Shown: in pieces, positions 46,428 through 56,385 of the stretch
Numbering within the stretch: the stretch's first letter is position 1
Layout of the letters: every line of letters begins with the position of its first letter
Assembly (NCBI GenBank): GCA_965601925.1
Contig: OZ271854.1
Location: forward strand, 3,520,001 to 3,584,000
Direction: 5' to 3'
Length of the DNA: 64,000 bases
Source of the DNA: Alkalispirochaeta sp.
Lineage (GTDB): Bacteria; Spirochaetota; Spirochaetia; DSM-27196; Alkalispirochaetaceae
Made by a program: the position numbers and the translations under genes
Notes under the pieces: model-generated
Databases searched by the model: none
What the model was told of the DNA's origin: nothing
The model's input: only the letters and a program-made list of their open reading frames with translations

Positions 46428-48044
46428 TTATGTGGTTTGCTCCGGGATTTGTGCGACTGTTTTATTTTTCGACACCGTTCGAAACAACCATCCATTACAC
46501 CCAAAGTCATTTTCAATAACGAGCGCGTATAACTCATTGCCCGCTTCACTTAGCGCGACGGACAGCTCAATCGGTCGGTCTGTCAAAATGGTACTGTTTT
46601 CCAATGACAACTTGAGGGTGATTCCAGAAGCGATATTTTTTGTGTGTCCACTGTAACGCTGTGTTGAATACGCCATTTCAAAAATCATGCTTTCCGGGCC
46701 CTGACTAATGTCGAGCTTTGGAGCTCCTTCATTGTTGCAGATCCATGGTTTGCAATAGTCATGTACTTGAGCTGGAAAAAAAAACTTCGAGCCATGTTCA
46801 AGGAAGAAGTTGGATCGCCTTGCCGCTGCTTTCCGGTGCAAAGAAACTGCTTCTAATTCAGCATCGATCGAAGACTGCAAAGCGTATTGTGCATTTCCAA
46901 CATTCTGATGAGTATTTTCCTCCGATTGCGCCCACGATATTAGCTCTCGCGCTTCTTCTTCAAAACCGTTGTTGATGAACAAAAAAGCCAGATTAGCGGC
47001 TGATAGTGTTTCGCCAAGTTTTTCCGCGCGTCTATACTGCTCAACGGATGAGAAAACGTGCCCTAGTTCTTTATAAGTAACTCCAAGATTGTTGTGTGCC
47101 ATATTGTTTTCAGGATCAAGAGTCAATAATTCCTGATAATAATGCAGCTGCACCAAAAGCGATTTTGACTTATACGCTAAATCAAATAGATTAGCTCGCG
47201 ATTTACCACTATAGGCAAGGCTGACCTCACGCGCTAAACTTGAACGATTTGAATCGATATCGTTCAAAATCTCGGCTATTTTGCTGAACAGTAGACCGAT
47301 AGCATCATGTGACGTCAGAGATTGAACGCGGTCAGAGAGATACTGGGTCGCTTTTTCGCTCCCTTCGATCTCACATATGATATCGGCACTAATTGTCGCT
47401 GCTTGCGCCTTCTGCATGTCCGATGTACCGTGATCATAAGAATACTGCAGTGAAGAGAGTGCTTCCGTTTGCCGCCCCCGTTTTAGTAAGAGCCAACCTA
47501 ACAAACGTTTTCCTTTACTCAATAGATCGTCAAACTCTTTTGCGCTTTCTACAGCTGATTCCATTCGAGTCAAAGATGAATCGTGACCGAAATAAACACG
47601 CCAAAATGCGTAGCTCAGTTTGATGTCCACACGTTCGCGATTTCCAGAAAGGCTCTCGATGGTTTTGGAATACAGCTCTTCGGCCTCAGAAGTTTGGGAT
47701 TCTTCTAGCAAAGCAAAAAAACGAGCTTCAAGCTCTGATGGAGACACATATTCCTTGCCCGGCTTTGAATCCTCTACGGAATCTACTTTGGACGACTCTT
47801 GATCCGCGATCGAATTGTCCTTTTTGTGAGGAATGCTATTTGGTGTGTAACCGAAGGTGCTTAAAGCTACAGCCGTTTGGTTCTCTCCTGAACCTTTTGA
47901 GTAGTCGACTGATTGAATACGGTCTATTACAGAAGCAATATTTCTTCTAAAAATCAGAATGAAAAATGTTAAAAATCCAATAATTAGCAGAGCAATTATC
48001 AAAGCTTGAAACTCGACTATCATGTCCAACAATTGCTCCTCCAT
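46428..48044 (-). CDS. Membrane-anchored TPR protein (first integron cassette)
   Basis: AT-rich 538-aa ORF, N-terminal TM helix, TPR (LDPENNMAHNNLGVTY); TAA stop lies inside the R'' ACATAAC. Confidence 0.8.
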   Translation of the reverse strand: MEEQLLDMIVEFQALIIALLIIGFLTFFILIFRRNIASVIDRIQSVDYSKGSGENQTAVALSTFGYTPNSIPHKKDNSIADQESSKVDSVEDSKPGKEYVSPSELEARFFALLEESQTSEAEELYSKTIESLSGNRERVDIKLSYAFWRVYFGHDSSLTRMESAVESAKEFDDLLSKGKRLLGWLLLKRGRQTEALSSLQYSYDHGTSDMQKAQAATISADIICEIEGSEKATQYLSDRVQSLTSHDAIGLLFSKIAEILNDIDSNRSSLAREVSLAYSGKSRANLFDLAYKSKSLLVQLHYYQELLTLDPENNMAHNNLGVTYKELGHVFSSVEQYRRAEKLGETLSAANLAFLFINNGFEEEARELISWAQSEENTHQNVGNAQYALQSSIDAELEAVSLHRKAAARRSNFFLEHGSKFFFPAQVHDYCKPWICNNEGAPKLDISQGPESMIFEMAYSTQRYSGHTKNIASGITLKLSLENSTILTDRPIELSVALSEAGNELYALVIENDFGCNGWLFRTVSKNKTVAQIPEQTT

Positions 48045-48211
48045 CGTTTAATCGAAATATTTTAAAAAAAGACGATATTCCTATTTTATTGTATTAGGCC
48101 CAAAGCCGCAAACCTTACCTTATCGATGAGCATAACTCTCCTGATGGAGGTTTGTAGCGAATCACGGCTCTGGCTTCAAACCATATAACATATTCCCCTC
48201 CACACTTTTCC

Positions 48212-48218
48212 ACATAAC
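48212..48218 (-). other. Probable attI recombination core (GTTATGT)
   Basis: Minus-strand GTTATGTGG about 100 bp upstream of intI, complementary over 9 nt to CCACATAAC at the end of the first cassette. Confidence 0.6.
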
Positions 48219-48316
48219 AACCCAATGGCAACTCGTCTGTAATCGCCGAAAAGCACGGAACCTCACACATCGATGTACTTCTATTGAAAAGGAGTAAACA
48301 CCGGCATGGAGGTGCT

Positions 48317-49585
48317 ATGACTGCAAACGACATTGAGCATTTCAGAGAATACATTACACAAATAGACACGATTTCTCCGCGCGCGCGTCCGCACTATGTC
48401 AGGTGGGTAAAAGAGTATGCGCAGTTTCGTGCCAAGCATTCCGATGAGATTGCGGACGCACAGATGTTGCCGGAGTTCAAAGCTGCACTCTACCGGACGA
48501 GGCGGGAGTGGCAGGTGAATCAGGCAGGCGACGCCGTGGCGATGTTCCTGAGGTTTTTGGACGCAACGCCAGCATCGGTAGAAACAGCGTCACGACAGGC
48601 CCGATCGTGGGAAGAACTACAGGTTCTCCTCATTCACACACTTCGACTCAAGGGCCGCTCACGGGCGACGGAACGGACCTACCTACAATGGTTCCGCACC
48701 TTTCGCTCATACTGCAACTCGCAGCGGCCCCCGACTCTCGATGATTCCCACGTTCGTTCCTTTCTTACGCATCTTGCTATCGACAGGTCCGTAGCGGTTA
48801 GTACTCAACGCCAAGCATTCAACGCTATACTATTCCTGTATCGTAACGTGCTGGAACGAGACATCAATTCGCTTCGCTTCGCAGTGAGTGCCCGTGCAAA
48901 GAAGCGCCTTCCCGTGGTGTTATCGCGCGAGGAGATCACATCAATATGCGGCTACATGAAGCCTCCGTACCTTCTCATGGTACGCCTCATCTATGGCAGT
49001 GGGTTGCGGCTTTCTGAATGTTTGGCGTTGCGTGTAAAGGATCTCAATACGAACGATGGAACAATCATCGTGCGTTCCGGTAAGGGCAACAAGGATCGAC
49101 TAACCGTTCTCCCGAAGTCACTCATTCCGGAGTTGAGAGAGCACGGTCGTTCGGTACGCGCGTTGTTTGATCAAGACCGTGCTCTTGGCAACCCCGGGGT
49201 TCCGTTGCCCGGCGCTTTGGCAACGAAGTATCCGAACGCCGGGACAGAGTGGGGGTGGTTCTGGCTCTTTCCGTCGCAACGTCTCTCCGTCGACAAGCGA
49301 ACGGGCATGTCGGGTCGATATCACGCCTATCCATCGAGTTTACAGCGCGCTTTTCATCGTGCCGTCGCCGCGGCGGGAGTCGCGAAACAGGCGTCGATCC
49401 ACACGCTCCGCCACAGTTTTGCAACGCATTTGATCGAGGCGGGATACGATATCCGTACCGTCCAGGAGTTGCTCGGCCACAACGACGTGAGTACAACCAT
49501 GATTTATACGCACGTGGCCACTCGTAACAATCTGGGTGTTGTTAGCCCTATGGATCGTCTTCGTCGCGTGGACGATCTGCACTGA
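48317..49585 (+). CDS. intI: Integron integrase
   Basis: Tyrosine recombinase motifs (YGSGLRLSE, GKGNKDR, HTLRHSFATHL, LGHNDVSTTMIYTH) plus the IntI-specific insert (GVPLPGALATKYPNAGTEWGWFWLFPS); GGAGG RBS. Confidence 0.96.
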   Translation: MTANDIEHFREYITQIDTISPRARPHYVRWVKEYAQFRAKHSDEIADAQMLPEFKAALYRTRREWQVNQAGDAVAMFLRFLDATPASVETASRQARSWEELQVLLIHTLRLKGRSRATERTYLQWFRTFRSYCNSQRPPTLDDSHVRSFLTHLAIDRSVAVSTQRQAFNAILFLYRNVLERDINSLRFAVSARAKKRLPVVLSREEITSICGYMKPPYLLMVRLIYGSGLRLSECLALRVKDLNTNDGTIIVRSGKGNKDRLTVLPKSLIPELREHGRSVRALFDQDRALGNPGVPLPGALATKYPNAGTEWGWFWLFPSQRLSVDKRTGMSGRYHAYPSSLQRAFHRAVAAAGVAKQASIHTLRHSFATHLIEAGYDIRTVQELLGHNDVSTTMIYTHVATRNNLGVVSPMDRLRRVDDLH

Positions 49586-49846
49586 GAGACTCGGATGGAA
49601 TCGACACAAGTGGATGCATTCCGCAGATCGACGGTAGCAGGACGTGCCATCGTACGGTTCGCGAAGCGGGTCGTGAGAGCTCGCTGATGGATATCGGGTC
49701 CTCGGCACGCATGGGACACGCGGTTCGATTCCTCGGTGCGACGGCGTTTCTGGCGTCCGGCGCCCAATGCCTTCCTTTGGGCATCTCGTATACCCTTTTC
49801 GATCGACATCGGATCGATCGGTCAACCGATAATTCCGAAAGCGAGC

Positions 49847-49877
49847 AAAAAAAGACCGCCCCGTCTCGGAGCGGTCT
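49847..49877 (-). terminator. Intrinsic terminator of amtB-glnK
   Basis: agaccgctccg-aga-cggggcggtct followed by a T run on the minus strand. Confidence 0.85.
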
Positions 49878-49904
49878 ATGCAGAAGAATTGTATGAATCG
49901 ACGG

Positions 49905-50246
49905 TCAGCCGATCGCTTCGGTACCGGTTTCGCCGGTGCGTATGCGAATGACGTCGTCGAGGGGCACGACGAAGATCTTGCCGTCGCCGATCTTACCCGA
50001 GCGCGCACCCTTGACGATTGCGTCGATCGTCGGCTGCACGAACTCGGAGTTGACTGCGATCTCGAGGCGGACCTTCTTGAGCAGGTTTACTTCGATGTCG
50101 ACGCCTCGATAGGTTTCGTGATAGCCCTTTTGCTGTCCGGCGCCCATCGCATTCGTCACCGACAACTTGAACACTTGGGCCTTGTAAAGCTCTTCCTTTA
50201 CATCGTTCAGCTTATGCGGCTGGATGTAGGCAACAATCAATTTCAT
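49905..50246 (-). CDS. glnK: Nitrogen regulatory protein P-II
   Basis: [31 protein letters not shown]; adjacent to amtB. Confidence 0.93.
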   Translation of the reverse strand: MKLIVAYIQPHKLNDVKEELYKAQVFKLSVTNAMGAGQQKGYHETYRGVDIEVNLLKKVRLEIAVNSEFVQPTIDAIVKGARSGKIGDGKIFVVPLDDVIRIRTGETGTEAIG

Positions 50247-50267
50247 AGTGTATAGCCTCCCTCGTCC

Positions 50268-51575
50268 TTACATGTTGGAGAAGATCTGGAAACCGCTGTA
50301 GGACTCCGCACCGTGTTCCGATATGTCGAGGCCGAGCATCTCTTCTTCTTCCGAAACGCGCAACAGGTTGGCGGCTTTCAGAATGCCGAAGAGGATAAAC
50401 GCAGTCACGACGACCCATACGAAGACCGCGGCAATTCCCAACAGTTGCACGCCCACCTGGCCGCCTCGCGAAAGTCCACTGCCGATCTTTTCCAGATCAC
50501 CGAAGAGACCGACCGCAAGAGTACCCCATGCACCGACGACACCGTGAACCGAGATCGCTCCGACCGGATCGTCGATGTGGAGCACCTTATCGAGAAACTC
50601 TACCGACATGACTACGATGACACCGCCGATCAGACCCACGAGAATCGATGCGCCGGGACTGATGACCCACGTTCCGGCGGTGATCGCTACGAGCCCGGCA
50701 AGCGCGCCGTTAAGCGACATCGATGGGTCGGGTTTACCGAACCAGATCCAACTGGTGAACATCGCGGCGATAGCGCCGGCGGAGGCGGCAAGCGTCGTCG
50801 TTGTTGCGACGTATGCGATATCGGTATCCATTCCGGCGAGAGTCGAGCCCGCGTTGAATCCGTACCATCCGAACCACAAGATGAATACACCGAGCGCCGC
50901 TAAGGGCATACTATGGCCCTGAATGGCCTTGACCGTGGTTTGGTCGCCGATCTTCACGTATTTGCCGCGCCGCGCCCCGATGAGAATTGCGCCGACGAGG
51001 GCCGCCCACGCTCCAACGGAGTGTACGACGGTCGAGCCGGCAAAGTCGTGAAATCCCAGACCTGAGAGCCAGCCGCCGTTCCAGATCCAGTGACCGCTGA
51101 TAGGATAAATCAGTCCGCTGATCACGACCGAGTAGAGCAGATACCCCGCGTACTTTGTCCGTTCGGCCATTGCGCCGCTCACGATGGTCGCGGCGGTGGC
51201 GGCGAATACGACTTGAAAAAACCAATCACGGAACGTCGCGCTCTCGGCGCCTGAAAGAAAGAACTGGTCTGAGCCGATGAATCCCCCGACGCTCGATCCG
51301 TACATAAGCCCCCAGCCGATGGCGAAGTAGGCAATCGCTCCAACTGAGAAATCCATCAGATTCTTCATGATGATGTTTCCCGCGTTCTTTGCGCGGGTAA
51401 GCCCCGTTTCCACCATCGCAAAGCCGGCCTGCATGAAGAAGACCAACGCTGCGGCAATGGTAAGCCAGATCATATCGAAAGCGGCAACTACCTCAGGTAG
51501 CACCTCTTGTCCGACGACCTGGCCGACGGCAAGCACGGCAAACAGAGCCGCAGCGATGAATAGTCGACGTTTCAT
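50268..51575 (-). CDS. amtB: Ammonium transporter
   Basis: FMQAGFAMVE, DFAGSTVVH, WFGWYGFN, DDPVGAISVHG. Confidence 0.96.
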   Translation of the reverse strand: MKRRLFIAAALFAVLAVGQVVGQEVLPEVVAAFDMIWLTIAAALVFFMQAGFAMVETGLTRAKNAGNIIMKNLMDFSVGAIAYFAIGWGLMYGSSVGGFIGSDQFFLSGAESATFRDWFFQVVFAATAATIVSGAMAERTKYAGYLLYSVVISGLIYPISGHWIWNGGWLSGLGFHDFAGSTVVHSVGAWAALVGAILIGARRGKYVKIGDQTTVKAIQGHSMPLAALGVFILWFGWYGFNAGSTLAGMDTDIAYVATTTTLAASAGAIAAMFTSWIWFGKPDPSMSLNGALAGLVAITAGTWVISPGASILVGLIGGVIVVMSVEFLDKVLHIDDPVGAISVHGVVGAWGTLAVGLFGDLEKIGSGLSRGGQVGVQLLGIAAVFVWVVVTAFILFGILKAANLLRVSEEEEMLGLDISEHGAESYSGFQIFSNM

Positions 51576-51620
51576 AATACACTCCTCTCGTACGACAAAC
51601 GTAATTCGCTTTCGTAGTAA

Positions 51621-51636
51621 GTAATATCTATGCCAA
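51621..51636 (-). promoter_or_regulatory. Putative sigma54 (-24/-12) promoter of amtB
   Basis: TTGGCAT-AGATA-TTAC versus consensus TGGCAC-N5-TTGC; next to a sigma54 activator gene. Confidence 0.55.
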
Positions 51637-51796
51637 CGTCAGTGTTGATTTATGTGTTATCGACTACGTTTCGGTAAGTTTCTTACACAAGAGCATTTAG
51701 ATAGAGCTATATGGTACGAAGTGCTGATTCTTCGTTCAACGTACGCGTAGAGTGTAATTCTTTTTCCTACACAAATGTGGATAAAAAACGTCTTTA

Positions 51797-53401
51797 TTAC
51801 ATCCGTGTACGAAATGCTTTGGGATCGATGTTGTGTTTTTTGATGCGTAGCCCCATGATGCGCTCGGTGACGTCGAGCATTCGCGCGGCTCGCGCCATGT
51901 TCCCCTTCGTCGATTTCAGGGCGTCCATGAGGAGCTCTCGCTCCAAGTTGTCCAGCGCTTCTTGAAGTGAGCCGCGCACCTGGGTGTTGGTGCTCTCGGC
52001 GGACTGCAGACTCGGCGGGAGGTGGTGTGAATGGATGACGCCGTCTACGCTTAGGAGCACCGCCCTTTCAATACAGTTTTCAAGCTCTCGGACGTTTCCG
52101 GGCCAGTGATAGTTCATGAGTAGATCGATGGCCGGCGTCGAGATACGCTGGATCGGCTTGTGGTTGGTCTCACCGTACTTATCCATGAAATGATCACCCA
52201 ACAGCAGGATGTCGTCACGACGTTCCCTGAGAGGCGGAATATGAATCGGGAATACGTTGAGTCGATAATAGAGGTCTTCGCGAAAGCGAGTCTCCTCCAT
52301 GAAGCTCTCCAGATCGCGATTGGTGGCCGCGATAACGCGTACATTGGTGCGGATCGTCTCGTTGCCGCCGACGCGTTCGAACTCCTTCTCCTGGAGGACG
52401 CGCAGCAGTTTCACTTGCGTCATGGGCGAAAGGTCGCCGATTTCGTCCAAAAAGATCGTCCCACCGTTTGCGATCTCGAAACGACCTTTCCGTGTCGTGA
52501 TCGCTCCGGTGAAGGCACCTTTTTCGTGGCCGAACAGTTCGCTTTCGATCACCGTCTCCGGGAGGGCGGCACAGTTAACCTTGATGAGCGGTTTTGCCGC
52601 ACGCGGGCTGTTATAGTGGATCGCCTGGGCGACGAGCTCTTTGCCGGTACCGCTTTCGCCCCGGATAAGCACCGTCGCGTCGCTTTTGGAGACTTGAGCC
52701 ACCATATCGAAGACGTGCTGCATCGCCTTACTGTTACCGATGATGTTCGACGGTCGGAAACGTTCCTCGAGCTCACGATGGAGGCGGCTGTTCTCCTCCA
52801 GAAGTTGCTCGCGCTCCTCCATGACGTTCTGACGTATCTTGACCGCCTGGGCGATCATGGACGCCACGACGGTGAGAATGCGAACGTCATCCTGGAGCTT
52901 GCTCTCGCCGATGAACTCGCGGTCGACGCTGAAAGCGCCGACCGTCTCGTTGCCGATCTTGATGGGGACGCAGATAAATGAGATGTCCTGATACTGGCGG
53001 CCTCTACGCGCGCCGGTCTTGTTGAGAAAGTCGGGCTCCTCGCTGATTCGCGGAATCACTTTGGACTGGCCGCTCTGGACGACCTTACCGGTTATGCCTT
53101 CTCCGAGCTTATACCGCCCTCTCTGTCGTTCCGTGGGCGTGAGACCGTAGGCCGCTTCGATCAATATCTCTCCCGTCTTGCGGTTCAGGAGCGTGATCGT
53201 CCCGCGCAGCATGCCCAGGTGATCGGTAACCGCAGTCAGGACCGGCTGGATTACCTGCTTCAGGTCCAAGCTCTGATCGAGAATTTGGCTAATTTCAAAT
53301 AGCAAAGAGAGTTCTTCGATTTTTCCGCGGTAGCCGCTGTCTTCGTATGTGGAGTTCATCACCAAGCTCTGATGAAAAGCTACCTCATTGTATGAAAACA
53401 C
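51797..53401 (-). CDS. NifA-like GAF-AAA+-HTH sigma54 activator
   Basis: GAF ([18 protein letters not shown]), [24 protein letters not shown], Fis HTH; start may be 53359. Confidence 0.92.
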   Translation of the reverse strand: MFSYNEVAFHQSLVMNSTYEDSGYRGKIEELSLLFEISQILDQSLDLKQVIQPVLTAVTDHLGMLRGTITLLNRKTGEILIEAAYGLTPTERQRGRYKLGEGITGKVVQSGQSKVIPRISEEPDFLNKTGARRGRQYQDISFICVPIKIGNETVGAFSVDREFIGESKLQDDVRILTVVASMIAQAVKIRQNVMEEREQLLEENSRLHRELEERFRPSNIIGNSKAMQHVFDMVAQVSKSDATVLIRGESGTGKELVAQAIHYNSPRAAKPLIKVNCAALPETVIESELFGHEKGAFTGAITTRKGRFEIANGGTIFLDEIGDLSPMTQVKLLRVLQEKEFERVGGNETIRTNVRVIAATNRDLESFMEETRFREDLYYRLNVFPIHIPPLRERRDDILLLGDHFMDKYGETNHKPIQRISTPAIDLLMNYHWPGNVRELENCIERAVLLSVDGVIHSHHLPPSLQSAESTNTQVRGSLQEALDNLERELLMDALKSTKGNMARAARMLDVTERIMGLRIKKHNIDPKAFRTRM

Positions 53402-53648
53402 ACAAGGGAGGGAATAAGGTGGGAATCATACCGGGATGTAGGCCGCTCGTGCGACAAACGTCCAAGACGTGTTGAGTGACGACGGCGGCGCGGGCACATC
53501 AGACGCTCGACGGCCGACACAACACACGCCACATACTCGGCGCTCAGCCGCTGAGCCTCAATAGCAGCGCCCCGGCGTGCTGAGTGCCCGGCGACGCCGC
53601 CATCCTACGCTTCGAGTTACCACACGCGTCGGCACAAGACGCGCCGCC

Positions 53649-55415
53649 TTATGTGTCCAGATAGCCCTCGTAGACGATTTTCTCTTCGCCGTCCAGGCTG
53701 ATACTCTGATTGTGTTCGAACTGTCGATACGCATCGCGCACATCGGAAACGAAGACGAGCTCGGGATTGATCGACCGTATCTCTTCGACGTTGAGCTCCG
53801 GTTTGTTCTCGACGATGACGCCGCGCACGTGGCGCAGGAGCGGTCTATACTCGTCGGTCAGATTGGGAACGAGAAGGATCTCCGCCCCGTTGAGCTTGAG
53901 ACGTTGTTTGGCCTGCTCGTAGTTCTTGGCCTTGACGATGTTACCGCTGCAGATCGCCCCAAAGCCGCGTTGGCCACGATTGAGGATGTTCCCCATGAAG
54001 TGCACTTTGATGGTGTTCATCATGATGGGGCTGTTGAGGGGAATACCCGCGGCGGTAACGACTTTGTCATTGCGGCGAACATATCCCTTCTGGAGCGCGA
54101 GGCGCAGCGCATTCTGGATCATACTGTCCGAATCGTTTACGTACTCGGCGAGAATAGGGTAGATGCCCCAGTGAAGCAGGAGCTGGCGATAGACGATCTC
54201 CGAGGTCGTTACCGCAATCACCGGTTGTATCGGGCGATACTTGGACAACAGGCGAGGGCTGTTTCCCCGTAGACTCGGCGCGACGATCGCCGCCGCCTCC
54301 ACATCGGTAGCGACGACGTATGCCGCCTTTGTGATCGCGTCGGCGATGTCGTTGCTCGACTTATGAAAGTAGAAGTACTGCTTGCTGCGTTCGATGTACT
54401 CCTGCGAGCGCTCCACCTCGACGGCGATGCGGTGCAGCGTACGTACCGACTCGACGGGATACTTCCCGCCGGCGGTCTCGCCCGAGAGCATGACCGCATC
54501 GGTGCCGTCGAAGATAGCGTTTGCCACGTCGGTGAGCTCCGCGCGCGTCGGCTTCGGGTTGTTGATCATCGAATCGAGCATTTGCGTCGCGGTGATGACC
54601 GGTTTGTTCTGTTGATTGCACTCGCGAATAATGCGCTTTTGAGCGAGCGGTATTTGTTCGGTTTCCAATTGGACGCCCAAGTCGCCGCGGGCGACCATAA
54701 CTCCCGATGAGAGGCGCGCAATCTCGCGAATGTTGTGCAACCCCTCCTCATCTTCGATTTTGGAGATGATGCGGATCGGCGCCTTCGCGCGATCGACGAT
54801 TTGCTGAACGGTCTGCACATCCTTCGGTTTACGAATAAAGGATGCTGCGATGAAGTCCATGCCCATCGTGACGCCGAACTCGATGTCCGCGACATCCTTC
54901 TCCGTTACCGCCGGGAGCGCCGTCTTGACGCCCGGGACGTTGACGTTCTTGCGGCTGCCGATCGTCCCGCCGTTGCGGACGACGCAATGAATGCGGTTAT
55001 CGCGGATGTCGGTCACTTCCAGGTCGACCAGTCCGTCGGCGACGAATACGTGTCCGCCTACCTGAACTTCATACGGGAGGTTGTGGTAGCTCACCGCGAT
55101 CATGTGCTCGTCGCCCTCGATCGCATCGGTCGTCAAGATGATAGGCTCGCCGCGAACGAGCGTGATCGTTCCGCCGCCCTTTATGAGGCCTGTGCGAATC
55201 TCCGGCCCCTTTGTATCCAGCAGGAGCGCCACAGGTAGCCCCGTCTCGCGACTCGCCTGCTGCAGCATCTCGATACGCCCTTTCTGTTCTTCATGTGTTC
55301 CGTGACTAAAGTTGAAACGGGCGATATTGAGTCCCGCTACAATGAGATCCTTCATCGTTTCCAGATTGTCGACGGCGGGTCCCATAGTCGCGACGATTTT
55401 CGTTTTTCTCAGCAT
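53649..55415 (-). CDS. pyk: Pyruvate kinase with C-terminal swivel-like extension
   Basis: RKTKIVATMGP, RFNFSHG, DTKGPEIR, MVARGDLG, TQMLDSM, MLSGETA. Confidence 0.97.
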   Translation of the reverse strand: MLRKTKIVATMGPAVDNLETMKDLIVAGLNIARFNFSHGTHEEQKGRIEMLQQASRETGLPVALLLDTKGPEIRTGLIKGGGTITLVRGEPIILTTDAIEGDEHMIAVSYHNLPYEVQVGGHVFVADGLVDLEVTDIRDNRIHCVVRNGGTIGSRKNVNVPGVKTALPAVTEKDVADIEFGVTMGMDFIAASFIRKPKDVQTVQQIVDRAKAPIRIISKIEDEEGLHNIREIARLSSGVMVARGDLGVQLETEQIPLAQKRIIRECNQQNKPVITATQMLDSMINNPKPTRAELTDVANAIFDGTDAVMLSGETAGGKYPVESVRTLHRIAVEVERSQEYIERSKQYFYFHKSSNDIADAITKAAYVVATDVEAAAIVAPSLRGNSPRLLSKYRPIQPVIAVTTSEIVYRQLLLHWGIYPILAEYVNDSDSMIQNALRLALQKGYVRRNDKVVTAAGIPLNSPIMMNTIKVHFMGNILNRGQRGFGAICSGNIVKAKNYEQAKQRLKLNGAEILLVPNLTDEYRPLLRHVRGVIVENKPELNVEEIRSINPELVFVSDVRDAYRQFEHNQSISLDGEEKIVYEGYLDT

Positions 55416-55490
55416 AGACATCATGTACACTATTGGAAAACGGTACGCCTTTCCAGCCCCGCCGTGCGGTCCGCCGGACCCGGTTCGGCG

Positions 55491-55970
55491 TTACGGGAGA
55501 GACTCTTCGGCTTCCTCGCCCGCCGTTTCGGCATCGGCAAGGAGAAATCCGTACTCCCTGGAGGAGACGACATCTACCGTCTCCTCCTCAAGCTCCTCTT
55601 GATCGAGCATCGCGTCGATCTCCCGGAGGACATGGTTGTGGGCATGGAGCGTACTATCGAGCTTGTCGTGATAGGCGGACAGCGAGTCGGAGAAGCCCGC
55701 TCCTTCCACGGAGACGGTCTCGAGAAACTCGGTAAACGCGGTAACGGTTCTTCGAAGGGAGCGTAGATACGCCGAGCGATTAATGAGATACGTATTATCT
55801 TTGAGGGACGAGAACGTCCGCATGAGAATCGCGTCGATAAAGAAGATGTCCTCGACGATCTTATCTTTGAAGTATTCGGGATCAATATCGAGTTTCAGAC
55901 CCGCGGCAACGGTACGTAGGATTGAATGGATAAAGAAGAGGTTGTCGTCGTAGTGCACTTTCGACGCCAT
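55491..55970 (-). CDS. Hypothetical protein
   Basis: 159 aa, AGGAG RBS, helical with an acidic tail; divergent from rpsF. Confidence 0.75.
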   Translation of the reverse strand: MASKVHYDDNLFFIHSILRTVAAGLKLDIDPEYFKDKIVEDIFFIDAILMRTFSSLKDNTYLINRSAYLRSLRRTVTAFTEFLETVSVEGAGFSDSLSAYHDKLDSTLHAHNHVLREIDAMLDQEELEEETVDVVSSREYGFLLADAETAGEEAEESLP

Positions 55971-55990
55971 CGATACTCCTGCTATCTACC

Positions 55991-56019
55991 TTGACATACG
56001 CGGTGCCGTGTGGTACCGT
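55991..56019 (+). promoter_or_regulatory. Sigma70 promoter of the rpsF operon
   Basis: TTGACA-17 nt-TACCGT with extended TG. Confidence 0.7.
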
Positions 56020-56024
56020 CGCGC

Positions 56025-56082
56025 GACCTTCTTGCTATCATCGAATGGTATCAGAATGGTAGTCGCAAGTCCATAAGGAGGG
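56025..56082 (+). ncRNA. Probable S6:S18 ribosomal protein leader RNA
   Basis: ccttctt..ctatcat..atggtag-tcgc..aaggagg hairpin that pairs with the rpsF RBS. Confidence 0.5.
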
Positions 56083-56086
56083 ACAT

Positions 56087-56368
56087 TTGAGAACTTATGA
56101 AGCGATGTGCGTGTTTCGTGCGGGTCAAGAGGCCTTCAATGCCGGTGTCGAGACCGTACGAGCCGAACTCGTCAAACTGGAAGCACAGATCGAAAAAGAG
56201 GAAGACATGGGGATACGACCCCTCGCTTTTCCGATCAAGAAGCAACTTCAAGCACATTACTATTATTACGTCTGTAAGTTGGAACCGGAAAAGGCCCATC
56301 AGATCGAGAACGCGGTTCGTCTCAAGGATGAGTTGTTGCGTTTTCTGATGGTGCGCCGAGACGACTAA
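56087..56368 (+). CDS. rpsF: 30S ribosomal protein S6
   Basis: MRTYEAM, GIRPLAFPIKK, LLRFLMVR; TTG start. Confidence 0.95.
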   Translation: MRTYEAMCVFRAGQEAFNAGVETVRAELVKLEAQIEKEEDMGIRPLAFPIKKQLQAHYYYYVCKLEPEKAHQIENAVRLKDELLRFLMVRRDD

Positions 56369-56385
56369 TAGGGAGATTACCCGAC

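Larger units (their letters stand above)
36440..49585. mobile_element. Chromosomal integron (intI, attI and cassette array)
   Basis: intI, three related attC sites, TA cassettes, AT-rich cargo; left boundary uncertain. Confidence 0.85.

Noticed and set aside
48284..49585. Prophage or XerC/D integrase
   Set aside because: The IntI-specific insertion and nearby attC sites are present, and there are no phage genes
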